A stretch of DNA of 64,000 bases from the IMG/VR virus record IMGVR_UViG_3300024272_000044; one strand, written 5' to 3'. The translations under genes were made by a program, and so were the position numbers. This DNA comes from an uncultured virus (IMG/VR IMGVR_UViG_3300024272_000044) (taxonomy: Duplodnaviria; Heunggongvirae; Uroviricota; Caudoviricetes). The notes under the pieces are model-generated. The model did not search any database. It saw only the letters and a program-made list of their open reading frames with translations, and was not told the origin of the DNA. Of this stretch, positions 1-9,859 are shown piece by piece; the first letter of the stretch is position 1, and each line of letters starts with the position of its first letter.

Positions 1-26
1 ACAATAATATCTTTTGTTTTACTCAA
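1..26 (-). CDS. 5' end of the gene following terminase large subunit, probably portal (partial)
   Basis: AAGGAGGTGA RBS then TTG AGT AAA ACA AAA GAT ATT ATT running off the window; position after terL matches SPbeta yonF-yonE order (inference). Confidence 0.5.
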
Positions 27-50
27 AGTGATATCTCACCTCCTTTAGAA

Positions 51-1837
51 TTAGTATGTTATCGGTCTATGATTTAATTTTCTTAATTTTGACGCATAAT
101 CATAAGCATCAAAACCAATCTTTTGATTTTTTAACATTTCTCGTTCAAGTTGACACTGAACCCAATAATTATATGCGAGAGAAGAGTATCTATCCTTTCG
201 CATACCAGCTTTTTCTGTTATCTTAACATTTGTGCCTCTAATCTCATATTCAAGATTTATAAGCTCATATATAAGCAAAGTTGTCTGTATATATGGTAAC
301 TTATATTGCAATTGTTCATAAGCTGGCATTTTGCTATAACCTTTAATCTTATCTTTTAAAAATTCTTCCGCTTCAAATTCTGAAATAAGTAAATTAATTT
401 TACCATTCTGGAATCCACTACGAAGAAGCGTACATATTTCGGTATTAAATGAAGCACTTGCCTTGATTGACCATATTACCTTTGGAGCATTATACACCTT
501 GCATCTTTCAGCCATAGCCTTATCATTACAGCAGGAAAGAGCTGGATATAACTCGCCAGTAGTGGGGTCAACTATGTCTTGAATCAACATGTCAAAAACA
601 GAAAGTCCAACACCATTTGTATCGACAACTAAATCAGTACATTTATACATATCATATAATCTACGCACTACCAAAGCTAATTCATCAGTAGTTAATCCTT
701 CATGATTTTCCATATATATAACATTAGATGTATAATTATTATTATTAGTTGGAATAGCACTATTAATTATAATAGCACTTGCGTCATTGTTCTGTTTTTT
801 AGAAGCCATCAAAGCAATATCCACAGATAAAATTCTACGTTCATTTGTAACAAGTTCTGGTATTTTTAAATTTCTGCTGCTTCCAGCCAAAGAAGTTGGA
901 TAAACAGCATTCTTTAGCATTCTTCTTCCAGACACATCATCAAATGTGAAGAAAGCACCCTCTGTATCTCCAAACCATAAACAATCCATTTCCATAGAGA
1001 ATTTTAATGGGTCAAAGTCAGCTTCAGACATTTCATCCTCAATCTGCTCTCTAAACAAAAGACCCTCTTTAATAGATATCTGATATGGAAGACCACATAT
1101 GAAATATTTCTTTGTATCATCTAATAAGTTTACTACATACGCCTTAGCCTTATCAAAAGACCAGTGTGATTTGTACCATGCAGAACTCATATACAATTCT
1201 TTATTTCGTTCTTTTAAGTGTTTGTATTTTGGATTATGTAAATAGTTTGGTTCTCTAGGAGCTGTTAAGAATCGTCTTAATACTGTATTGATAGTATCCA
1301 AATCAACCATACGGAACTCATCAACCAACAGAATATTACATCTAGCACCACGACCAGAGTCAGATGCTGTAACAACTTTTATCCATGAACCATTAGCAAA
1401 TTCAATAACTGCTTTATTTATACCTACAGAAGCGTATGTAATTTCACGCTTTAAGTTTTCAGACCCCCACTCATGGGTCTTCATGAAGTCTTCTGTTATT
1501 TTTAAAAGAACTTCGTTTGCCTGAGAACGTGTTGCAGATGCTACACATATTTTTGTTTTAGGAAATAAAATACATCTAACAACACAAAATAAAGCTGTAA
1601 GGTAGGTTTTACCCTGCCCACGAGCAGCAATATACATAAAATAATGATTGTGCATCATTGCATACAATAATATCTTTTGAAATAATCTTAGATTTATATT
1701 TAAATAATCTTTTACAAATCTATGCGGATTATAACGATAAAAAGATGCTCAAGCTACCAATATGCAACACCATTCATTATTCTTTCTGATTTTTCATTTG
1801 CAAGTTGTCTTTCAGATTTTTTTTGTTGCATATTCAT
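51..1837 (-). CDS. terL: Terminase large subunit (YonF-like), interrupted by an 8-nt out-of-frame segment at 1749-1756
   Basis: Walker A ARGQGKT, Walker B LLVDE, C-terminal nuclease motifs (SVDIA, KDRYSS). GGGGGTGG RBS and ATG at 1837 give 27 codons ending W-TAG; the main frame is open from GCA at 1748 to 51. Joined product would be 592 aa. Confidence 0.9.
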
Positions 1838-1848
1838 AAAACCACCCC

Positions 1849-2865
1849 CTAATCATCATCTAAATTAGAAGCTGGATTTCCAAATATAGCATCAAATAAA
1901 ACTTCACTATTTTCCTCGTCACTATATTCTGGCTTTTCAACTGTATACTTTTTCATAAATTCTGTATATAAATTTGATAAACCATTTTTTAAGCCCATCA
2001 TTTTTGCTAAATGACCCTTAAAGAATATATCGATGTAATTACCTATTTTATCTACATCTTTCAATTCTTCATCAATTTCTGGAAGAGGACGAGTATTCTC
2101 CCATTTATCAATAAGCGTACCAAAAGTTTGATTATCAGCCATAGCGTCACCTTTGTTCTGCTTTGGTTGCAATTTACCAGAATCCATTAGCTTCTGGAAT
2201 GCAGCTGTAATATCTTTTGTTTCTTCGCCTTTTCGTAATGCTTTTAAGTTTTGTAATCTGTTAAAACATATATCCTTAAATACTTCTTCTTGAGCTTTTG
2301 TTTGACATTCATGTCTGGCAGTCCAATCTTCATATTCTCTTTTCAAGAATATATAATCCTCTGGCGTAAATCCAGCACCAAAAAACATAATTGTTTTTTC
2401 ATCCACTTCAAAATCATCATTATTAGATTCGACTGGAGCACTTATAGTTGGAACATTCAACAACTCTTCTTTTCTTAAAGTATCTTCATATGTTTCATTA
2501 TTACGATTATATTGAGTAAGCTGTATCATTCTCATATATTGAGTCATTGGAGATTTTGTTACATCGCTTTCTTTATAATTCCTAAGAGCGGAATTAAATA
2601 CATCTTCTTTATAATAGATGTCAAAAGCCATACATAATCTTTTAACAGCTTTTTTCTCTGGAAACGAATATCCGTCTTCCATATATTTATTATAATATTG
2701 TTGATATAATCTCTCCATACATTGTTTGCAAAATGGTAGTTTACCAGTTTTGCTATAAAATATACTATTAGAGCTATAATAATTTGTATTTACATATGAC
2801 TTACCACATAAAATACATTCATATTTTTCTTTTATTGTCTTTTCTTTAGCCATTGGCAACACCAC
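1849..2865 (-). CDS. Probable terminase small subunit (YonG-like) with N-terminal Zn finger
   Basis: CxxC...CxxC N-terminus; immediately upstream of terL. Confidence 0.6.
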   Translation of the reverse strand: MVLPMAKEKTIKEKYECILCGKSYVNTNYYSSNSIFYSKTGKLPFCKQCMERLYQQYYNKYMEDGYSFPEKKAVKRLCMAFDIYYKEDVFNSALRNYKESDVTKSPMTQYMRMIQLTQYNRNNETYEDTLRKEELLNVPTISAPVESNNDDFEVDEKTIMFFGAGFTPEDYIFLKREYEDWTARHECQTKAQEEVFKDICFNRLQNLKALRKGEETKDITAAFQKLMDSGKLQPKQNKGDAMADNQTFGTLIDKWENTRPLPEIDEELKDVDKIGNYIDIFFKGHLAKMMGLKNGLSNLYTEFMKKYTVEKPEYSDEENSEVLFDAIFGNPASNLDDD

Positions 2866-2911
2866 CTTTACTAATGGAATGTTGACACTGTTTCATTTTA
2901 TCAATATAACC

Positions 2912-4135
2912 TTAATTGTTTAAAAAAATCTTGTAAGTTTCTGTATGACCGTATTTCTCATCATATCCTAAAATATAACAAGATGGTTTTGCGCCTTTTA
3001 ATAATTTGTCACTATAAGGACAACTTCCAACAAAACTAGGACATACAATAACCTCACAATCTGTATCAGACATTTCTCCTACAACACCAGTTTTAGCAGC
3101 ATGATAATGTGCTAAAAACATAGTAGTATAAAATTTCTTTCTATGATAAGTTAAATCTTTTAAAGAAGTATCAATGTTTTTAATAGTATGACCATGCATA
3201 GCTATTGTATTAAAATTAAAAATTGGAATTTCAATATATTCATATCCAAAATTAGTATGCACATGAATTCTATCATTATCAACAAGCACATCTTTAATAT
3301 AATTACAAATTATGTATTCTACATCCTCAGAAGCAATTTCACTTGCTTTTGTTCCAAGTGGTCTAATCTGAGAATGATTTGATGTAGGACAATGGTAATA
3401 ATCAATATAACAATATTGAGACAATGAATTTAAGAAAGATGCAATTGCTTTAGATACGAATACAGTTGCTTTAACAACTGATGATTCATTAATCTGTAAA
3501 TCACTTAATCTTAAAATACCTTGAATATCATCACCAAGACACAACACCTTTAAATAACTTAACTTATTTTTATCAATAAATGCAACAACATCATTATATA
3601 ATTTATTAAATCTTTTATTAATTTCTTCAAAAGAATATTCATTTGTTTCTGTTATAAAATTAGCACCAGCATGTATATCTGCAATCGTTAAAATATATTG
3701 ATTATCGCCATATGAATAATCAAATCCAATAAATTCTGGAACTTCAATTTTTTCTAATTCGTTTGCAATATTTTCATAAAATAATTCAAATCTACTTTGC
3801 TGTCTAACTTGTCTAGTATATTCTGTTTTTGTAGCATACAATTTTTGACGTTGTTTTTCTAATTCTCTACATTGTTTTTCTAATTTATCAGAATATTCTT
3901 TTGATTCCATTTTCGAAAAACAATTTTCATAAAATTTTTTAGCAGCTTGATAACGCTTTCTAAACGAACTTTCATCTCGCCATTTTTCTTCATCAATCCC
4001 AAGCTGCTTATTTACAATATCATTAACAGAAGCCCAGCTTTCTACCCTTTTAGAATCAATAAGCTGACCAACTTTCCAAAGATATTGCTCTTCACTTTCA
4101 TGTTCTAACTTTTTTAATTCATTCATACTTTTCAC
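2912..4135 (-). CDS. Calcineurin-like metallophosphoesterase (YonJ-like)
   Basis: DIH, GD, NH, HGH and AHYH metal-binding motifs. Confidence 0.8.
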   Translation of the reverse strand: MKSMNELKKLEHESEEQYLWKVGQLIDSKRVESWASVNDIVNKQLGIDEEKWRDESSFRKRYQAAKKFYENCFSKMESKEYSDKLEKQCRELEKQRQKLYATKTEYTRQVRQQSRFELFYENIANELEKIEVPEFIGFDYSYGDNQYILTIADIHAGANFITETNEYSFEEINKRFNKLYNDVVAFIDKNKLSYLKVLCLGDDIQGILRLSDLQINESSVVKATVFVSKAIASFLNSLSQYCYIDYYHCPTSNHSQIRPLGTKASEIASEDVEYIICNYIKDVLVDNDRIHVHTNFGYEYIEIPIFNFNTIAMHGHTIKNIDTSLKDLTYHRKKFYTTMFLAHYHAAKTGVVGEMSDTDCEVIVCPSFVGSCPYSDKLLKGAKPSCYILGYDEKYGHTETYKIFLNN

Positions 4136-4163
4136 CTTTTATTTCATTCATTTTTTATTATCA

Positions 4164-4238
4164 TTGCGGAGAGGTGGATTTGAACCACCGACCTCTAGCT
4201 TATGAGGCTAGCGAGCTACCAGACTGCTCTATCCCGCA
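4164..4238 (-). tRNA. tRNA-Met(CAT), initiator-like body with atypical anticodon stem
   Basis: Cloverleaf; anticodon arm CTAGC-CTCATAA-GCTAG; T arm GGTGG-TTCAAAT-CCACC; no encoded CCA. Confidence 0.85.
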
Positions 4239-4243
4239 TAAAA

Positions 4244-4316
4244 TGGAGCATAAGGGGGTCGAACCCTTGACCTCCTGCGTGCAAGGCAGGCGCTCTCCCA
4301 ACTGAGCTAACACCCC
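4244..4316 (-). tRNA. tRNA-Ala(TGC)
   Basis: GGGGTGTTAGCTCAG...CCTGC-CTTGCAC-GCAGG...GTTCGA; G3:U70 pair. Confidence 0.95.
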
Positions 4317-4321
4317 ATGAA

Positions 4322-4394
4322 CTCTTCTTGTTGGACTTGAACCAACGACACTTCGGTTAACAGCCGAATGCTCTACCTACTGAGCTAAAGAAGA
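4322..4394 (-). tRNA. tRNA-Asn(GTT)
   Basis: TTCGG-CTGTTAA-CCGAA anticodon arm, canonical cloverleaf. Confidence 0.95.
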
Positions 4395-4407
4395 ATATTA
4401 TAAATCA

Positions 4408-4488
4408 AGCTGATGGTGAGATTCGAACTCACGTACCTTTCGGAGTAGATTACAAATCTACCGCAATTAACCACTATGCGACACCAGC
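4408..4488 (-). tRNA. tRNA-Thr(TGT) with an extended variable arm
   Basis: GTAGA-TTTGTAA-TCTAC arm puts TGT at 34-36; G1-C72 and C2-G71; 12-nt variable region TCCGAAAGGTAC. Confidence 0.75.
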
Positions 4489-4497
4489 ATAAAAAAA

Positions 4498-4581
4498 CGC
4501 TGTGCCTGAGACTTGAACTCAGATATCCTTTCGGAATGGCGGTTTTCAAGACCGCTGCTGTACCAATTGAGCCAACACAGC
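4498..4581 (-). tRNA. tRNA-Ser(TGA)
   Basis: GCGGT-CTTGAAA-ACCGC, long variable arm, G73. Confidence 0.9.
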
Positions 4582-4775
4582 AAATTTGCAAGATATTCAT
4601 GTCTTGCTCATGGCTTCTCACTATTTCTAATGCGTAGTGTACCGCAATACCTCTTTCACCTTGACGTGTCAAATGCATGACTACTGAGTACGCCCCAGCT
4701 TTTCCGTTATTCTGCTCATATTTTCATTCTCCGCAGCAGAGAACGCTACCATAGGTTTTACGTCTCTATGGCGAC
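4582..4775 (-). ncRNA. Candidate structured RNA inside the tRNA cluster
   Basis: GC-richer ~190-nt spacer with several hairpins (GCCATAG/CTATGGT, TTCTC/GAGAA, GCAAGA/TCTTGC); no credible ORF. Confidence 0.5.
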
Positions 4776-4780
4776 AAAAA

Positions 4781-4871
4781 CGATAAGGGTGGGCTACGAC
4801 CCCACGGTACTTTTAAACAAAGTACGCCAGATTAGCAATCTGGTGCATTAAACCAGCTCTGCCACCTTATC
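4781..4871 (-). tRNA. tRNA-Ser(GCT)
   Basis: CCAGA-TTGCTAA-TCTGG, long variable arm; atypical T loop GTCGTAG. Confidence 0.85.
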
Positions 4872-4879
4872 AAAACAAA

Positions 4880-4952
4880 TCACCCTGAGGGGAATCGAAC
4901 CCCTGACGCATCCGTGAAAGGGATGTAACTTAAACCACTTGTCCACAGGGCG
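4880..4952 (-). tRNA. tRNA-Glu(TTC)
   Basis: CATCC-CTTTCAC-GGATG anticodon arm, GTTCGATTC T loop. Confidence 0.9.
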
Positions 4953-4956
4953 ATAA

Positions 4957-5028
4957 CGACTCTAGCGAGAATCGAACTCGCCTTTCTAGCGTGACAGGCT
5001 AGTGTACTAACCGATATACTATAGAGCC
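4957..5028 (-). tRNA. tRNA-Asp(GTC)
   Basis: CTAGC-CTGTCAC-GCTAG anticodon arm, G73. Confidence 0.92.
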
Positions 5029-5184
5029 AAAAAAGCAGAGCACCCACAATTAAGTAAATACTCCGCCAAAGAAAGGTTATAAAAAATGAATGAAAAGAAG
5101 TACCACATATTACCAAAGATAATAAGTGGCTATATATAAACAGTGTTTCCACTGATATATAGCAGTTAAGCTATTAATATAACG

Positions 5185-5616
5185 TTATTTGTTATTTAAT
5201 TTTTCACAATAAGTACGAGTAATATTAAATTTAGGTTTAATCTTACCTTTAACAAGTGCCATTTCACCAGTTAAATTATTTTTTTTAATTTTTTCAGAAG
5301 TATAATTTCCACTTAAACTAATACCCTCAAACAATTTAATATTAACATTTTGTTTTTCATTAACTAAAGAAAGAGATTCAAATAAAGAAGTCTCTACTAT
5401 ATCGTAGATATCCTTAACAACTTTTTTTGTATGCGAATCTTTAATTGCTTTCATTATCTTTTTCTTTGAAATAACGCCATACTCATCAGAAATGCTATCT
5501 ATTATTTTAATTAAATCACTTGTCGAAATAAAATCATCTTCACATTTATTTGATATGATATTAATTAAATTTTCTTTTGTTATCGTTAATTTATCACTCA
5601 ATATATCTACCTCCAA
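5185..5616 (-). CDS. HU/IHF-like DNA-binding protein (YonN-like), divergent
   Basis: C-terminal half resembles the HU beta-arm (IKLFEG...NNLTGE...KPKF); lies downstream of the RNAP as yonN does in SPbeta. Confidence 0.7.
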   Translation of the reverse strand: MEVDILSDKLTITKENLINIISNKCEDDFISTSDLIKIIDSISDEYGVISKKKIMKAIKDSHTKKVVKDIYDIVETSLFESLSLVNEKQNVNIKLFEGISLSGNYTSEKIKKNNLTGEMALVKGKIKPKFNITRTYCEKLNNK

Positions 5617-5829
5617 TTTAATTTGTGTTTAAAATAAGGAGGACGACAAAATATCTTAAAGGTTGACTGTAGTTTCTAATTAGTACTTTCTGTCCAGCAA
5701 CCTTTAAGAATAATTGCTTGTTATAGGGTGTTTCCCCTTTTGCTACTATTTTACACTCCTTATTTTAAGGCTATTTATAAATTTTATATATTATATATAA
5801 CCTTATTTTTTGGTTGTTTACAAATAATT

Positions 5830-8748
5830 TTAATCGCTACTGATTTTTTTATTTTTTAAATATGCACGTTTATTCTGCTTTGCTTTAAGCATTTTCTTAT
5901 ATTCGTAATCACAAGTTTCACATCTACAAGTTTTTAAATGCTTCTTATCGTTTTCAACTTCTATCCATTCTCCACAATCAACACATTTAATTGCTTTTGT
6001 TTTTGGTTTGCAATTATTATTTATTAAATTATCAACTATATATTTACCATAGCAAAACCAAAGCACACTCTTATGGCTACTAGGTTTAATATGATATAAT
6101 AATTTAACTAAAATATCTGTTACTTCCAAATCAGAATATCCAAACTGAGAAAGCTCATATCTAATTTCATTTGCAATCTTCTTAAAGAACAAATCTTGTT
6201 TTAATTGTGTATTATTTAATAATTCACCCCTTATCATATCTGCACATTCCATATTAACTTTAAAATGATATTTATTATTTAATTCAAAATATTTAACAAT
6301 CATTGGGTCAGACAACTCATCATTAACTGTTCCATTTTTATTAAATGCAATTTTACATTCCACATCTGGATTACTTACTAATTTTTTATAATCAATATTA
6401 CCAAGTTTATTACCATCATATCCTTTTAAGTTTCTACAATTAATTCTTGGATTTTTGATTTTAGTTTCAAGTTTATTTACAAAGCTTTCATTTGCATCTT
6501 CAACCTGAGAATCACCCTTATCCTTTGCATATACGAAAAAGTGTGGCACATTATCTTTTGTAAAATTAATAATCTCTTCATGAACAGAATCTGGTCTTTC
6601 TGGTTTATATAATGTTTTTGCATAGTCAATAACAAAGTTGTTCTCCATGCACAATAACTTAACTAAATTTATTGCTCTTTGTTTCTCTTCTTCTGTTCCA
6701 CTAATAAAAACATCACTATTCCAAATTTTAGAAATATTATTACTATAAATCCCAATATTGCCACCAACAAAAGCTGCATTTAATCCATTATAAATGGTCT
6801 GATTATTTAATTGAATAGGAGAAGCTTTTTTCATATTGTAATATAGTGGCACAATGCCTTTCATATTTCTTTCTGCTACATCAACTATACTTTTATCAGC
6901 TACTACTAAACTCTTATCTCCATCAACGTCAAACTGAAGAATCTTACTAATTAAATCATGACAGCTTGTATAAATAGCATCTGTTCCAAACCATTCACGA
7001 ATTTGCTGTTGACGTTCTTTATATTTATTACAAGCAATATTTGTTCTAATTGCATGTTCTTTATATAAATGAGGACTTCTTAAACAATCCAGCTTATCGT
7101 CTTTTTTAAACAGCCAGCAAAAAACTTCTCCATCGTCTAATAATCCTTTTGGATTTTCAATTCCCATAAACCAATGTTCACAAGCCGCATACAAGTCTGG
7201 GAGTATAAATGTATATTTTCCTTTTATTGCTAAACTACCAGACCTATATCTTTTTACCAAGCTATCTTTTATTTCTCTTAAAGTGATTTTCATATATTCA
7301 TCATTTAATAATGACGGATACAAATTAATAGCTTGTTGCAAATATGTCATATTATCATTATATGGAGTAATGCCAAATGCTCTTTTAATACCATTAAGAG
7401 TTTTTAAATCGTCTAAGTTATTTTTAGACTTCTCAATAATATTGTCTATTTCTTCATCTGTAATATCAGTAAGTGTTTGAAGCATTTGATAATTAATTGT
7501 TGCATCCTTAATCTTATCTTCTTCCATATTGGTATATCCAGCAGAGCAACCATACTTCTTATAATATCCCTTGTACTGTTCCCAAGAATCATAATACTTA
7601 CACATCTTAAACTGAGACTTTGTAAATATAATCTGAATATCTTCTGCTATTACATCATGTTCAACACCATATATGTCTTTAATTATTGGAGAACAATTAT
7701 TTTCTTTAATAAATTTCAAATAATCAAAAGAACCAAGCAATCCTTTTACCCAAGGAAGACGAACCATTCTGTTCTTGCCCATACATGGCAACATCATACC
7801 AGCACCATCTGTATGTTCAATTGGTACATAATCAGATATACGTTTAATAGAATAATCAACATCATCTACCAAATCATAAGTTCCAAATACGTCAGTTGCA
7901 AAATCATTTACCACAATCGTCTTATCAATATCAAACTCTTTCCAAACATCTGTAGCTGAGTTTGTTAAAGCCATATACGCTAAATGCTTATTTGGATTAT
8001 TACCACCTTTTTCATTAATAGAATCAATTGTAAGTCCACACATAATTGTCTTCTCATATTTTTTCCAAACAGATTCTTTTACGAATACTGTTTTCTTTGT
8101 TCTAATCTGACCAGCAGAAGATGTAAAGTAAATATATTTTTCTCCCTTATATGTAAATCCATGATAAATTAAGTCCTTAATAATATCAAAGTAATATACC
8201 TGCACAACCATAAAATCTTCTGTTAATTCATCCTGCTTTGCTCCAATCATTCTTGTAAAAGCAGAATCAAATACAGATATAATTTTATTATTATTAAATG
8301 GTTCATTTGCAAATTTAAGAATATCTCCTTTTGAACCAGATGGATTTAAATTTCTTAATTCTCTAATATGATGTTTTCCATTTGTAGATATGTTTGCTTC
8401 AATTTTATTTGATAATAAATCTAATAATCTATCTTTTGATTCTTTTATTTTCTTATTCTTTAGTTTCACTAATTCTCTCACTCTACAATAATCCATTCCA
8501 AGAGTAAGCAAAGTATGTTTATCTTCTCCCCAAGAACTATAATCATAATCTTTATTTGCAATTAGTTCTAAATCATTTTTATCAATTCCATATTTAGAAA
8601 ACTCATTTATAATTTCATTTTCTTTTTTCTTTAATTCATTTCTTTCAATTCTAAGCTTATGATTAAACCAATGAAGGTAAGCTTCTTTATTACTATAGAA
8701 GTTTCCAGTATCAACACTTAGAATCTGAACCTGAACATCCAAGCTCAT
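5830..8748 (-). CDS. YonO-like single-subunit double-psi-barrel RNA polymerase
   Basis: 972 aa; catalytic FDVDGD, TDGAG, RLPWVKG and RSPH motifs; C-terminal Zn finger; SPbeta-like synteny. Confidence 0.9.
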   Translation of the reverse strand: MSLDVQVQILSVDTGNFYSNKEAYLHWFNHKLRIERNELKKKENEIINEFSKYGIDKNDLELIANKDYDYSSWGEDKHTLLTLGMDYCRVRELVKLKNKKIKESKDRLLDLLSNKIEANISTNGKHHIRELRNLNPSGSKGDILKFANEPFNNNKIISVFDSAFTRMIGAKQDELTEDFMVVQVYYFDIIKDLIYHGFTYKGEKYIYFTSSAGQIRTKKTVFVKESVWKKYEKTIMCGLTIDSINEKGGNNPNKHLAYMALTNSATDVWKEFDIDKTIVVNDFATDVFGTYDLVDDVDYSIKRISDYVPIEHTDGAGMMLPCMGKNRMVRLPWVKGLLGSFDYLKFIKENNCSPIIKDIYGVEHDVIAEDIQIIFTKSQFKMCKYYDSWEQYKGYYKKYGCSAGYTNMEEDKIKDATINYQMLQTLTDITDEEIDNIIEKSKNNLDDLKTLNGIKRAFGITPYNDNMTYLQQAINLYPSLLNDEYMKITLREIKDSLVKRYRSGSLAIKGKYTFILPDLYAACEHWFMGIENPKGLLDDGEVFCWLFKKDDKLDCLRSPHLYKEHAIRTNIACNKYKERQQQIREWFGTDAIYTSCHDLISKILQFDVDGDKSLVVADKSIVDVAERNMKGIVPLYYNMKKASPIQLNNQTIYNGLNAAFVGGNIGIYSNNISKIWNSDVFISGTEEEKQRAINLVKLLCMENNFVIDYAKTLYKPERPDSVHEEIINFTKDNVPHFFVYAKDKGDSQVEDANESFVNKLETKIKNPRINCRNLKGYDGNKLGNIDYKKLVSNPDVECKIAFNKNGTVNDELSDPMIVKYFELNNKYHFKVNMECADMIRGELLNNTQLKQDLFFKKIANEIRYELSQFGYSDLEVTDILVKLLYHIKPSSHKSVLWFCYGKYIVDNLINNNCKPKTKAIKCVDCGEWIEVENDKKHLKTCRCETCDYEYKKMLKAKQNKRAYLKNKKISSD

Positions 8749-8761
8749 TACAACACCATCC

Positions 8762-8947
8762 TTAATCCCAATATTCTTCTTCTTCTAATAATTCAAATAA
8801 ATCTTCGCAATAATCTGCAAAATTATCTCCATCATATATGTCTCTTACATATGACCCCCAAGTTCTATTATCAGTAGATTGATACATATCCTTCTCTATT
8901 TTATCGTCTAAAAAACGAATATCACTTATTGTTAATTTATTGTTCAT
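8762..8947 (-). CDS. Small acidic hypothetical protein
   Basis: AAAGGA RBS; packed between flanking genes. Confidence 0.7.
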   Translation of the reverse strand: MNNKLTISDIRFLDDKIEKDMYQSTDNRTWGSYVRDIYDGDNFADYCEDLFELLEEEEYWD

Positions 8948-8962
8948 TATAATTTATCCTTT

Positions 8963-9859
8963 CTATTTTCTTATTGTTTTATTAATTTCGAAATCCCTAA
9001 TGAATTTCTTGATTTTTTTAGCTTTTAATTCAATTTCATTTCTACTATATTCATCGCCAGTCATAAGTAAATATTTATCTTCTCTTTTATAAGCGTTTGC
9101 AAATATAGTAGGAGGAGTTCTATACTCATCGTCTTCTGTTCTAATTCTATATGCTCTATCTGTAACAATTAAATGTAGGTCACATTCAAGTATATTAATT
9201 ATCTTCGATAGAGTTTTAGAAGATATTCCTATCTCATCAGCCATATCTATAAGATTGCCATTATAAGCATCTGGCAATTTCATTCGTCTTTTCTCTATCA
9301 TTTCTGAGCTTCTTTCTTCTGGCTTTAACATATTTGGTCTACGTATAATCTTATATCTTAAATATGCAAATACCAAAAGAATAATAAAATTATTTACAGT
9401 GCTATCTTTTAGATTTTCTTTTTGATAATTCATAATAGATTCAATTTCATCTAAATAAACCACTGCATAACCATTTCCACATTGCTTGCCATAATATTGT
9501 TTGTCAAATTTGCATTTCATATAAGAACTTTTACTTCTTTCTGAAATATATGTTAAATATCCATATTCAGCAAAGCTATCTAATACAGATAAGAATTTGT
9601 CATTTGTACCATTTGTTCTTCTATCTGGCTTACCGCCACACCACTCAACAACATCTGGAATAGTTAGATTCACAACATTGTTTAATCCACGATGTATTCT
9701 CAAATATGAAAATATCCCAACTCTTCTTGTATCCAGATTTGTATTTGCGATAACAGACCAAGGTATATATATGTGCTCTGACTGATGTTCTTCTAATGGA
9801 ACTCTTTTATATTCATACTTTCCATCAATAAGTTCATAAGTCGTGTTATCTGTTGGCAT
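8963..9859 (-). CDS. Winged-helix/HTH protein, possibly replication-initiator-like
   Basis: GGAGGTGA RBS; N-terminal wHTH-like segment and C-terminal MADEIGISSKTLSKIINIL HTH. Confidence 0.55.
   Translation of the reverse strand: MPTDNTTYELIDGKYEYKRVPLEEHQSEHIYIPWSVIANTNLDTRRVGIFSYLRIHRGLNNVVNLTIPDVVEWCGGKPDRRTNGTNDKFLSVLDSFAEYGYLTYISERSKSSYMKCKFDKQYYGKQCGNGYAVVYLDEIESIMNYQKENLKDSTVNNFIILLVFAYLRYKIIRRPNMLKPEERSSEMIEKRRMKLPDAYNGNLIDMADEIGISSKTLSKIINILECDLHLIVTDRAYRIRTEDDEYRTPPTIFANAYKREDKYLLMTGDEYSRNEIELKAKKIKKFIRDFEINKTIRK

Noticed and set aside
1749..1756. Stop-codon reassignment or intron explaining the terL break
   Set aside because: Reading UAG as sense stays in the wrong frame and meets UAA soon after; TAG and TGA end other genes normally; 8 nt is too short for a self-splicing intron
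4408..4488. tRNA-Tyr(GTA) call
   Set aside because: With the 5-bp stem and 7-nt loop the anticodon is TGT; GTA is one base off register
4385..5152. ORFs 4385-4678 and 4880-5152
   Set aside because: They overlap clear tRNA genes
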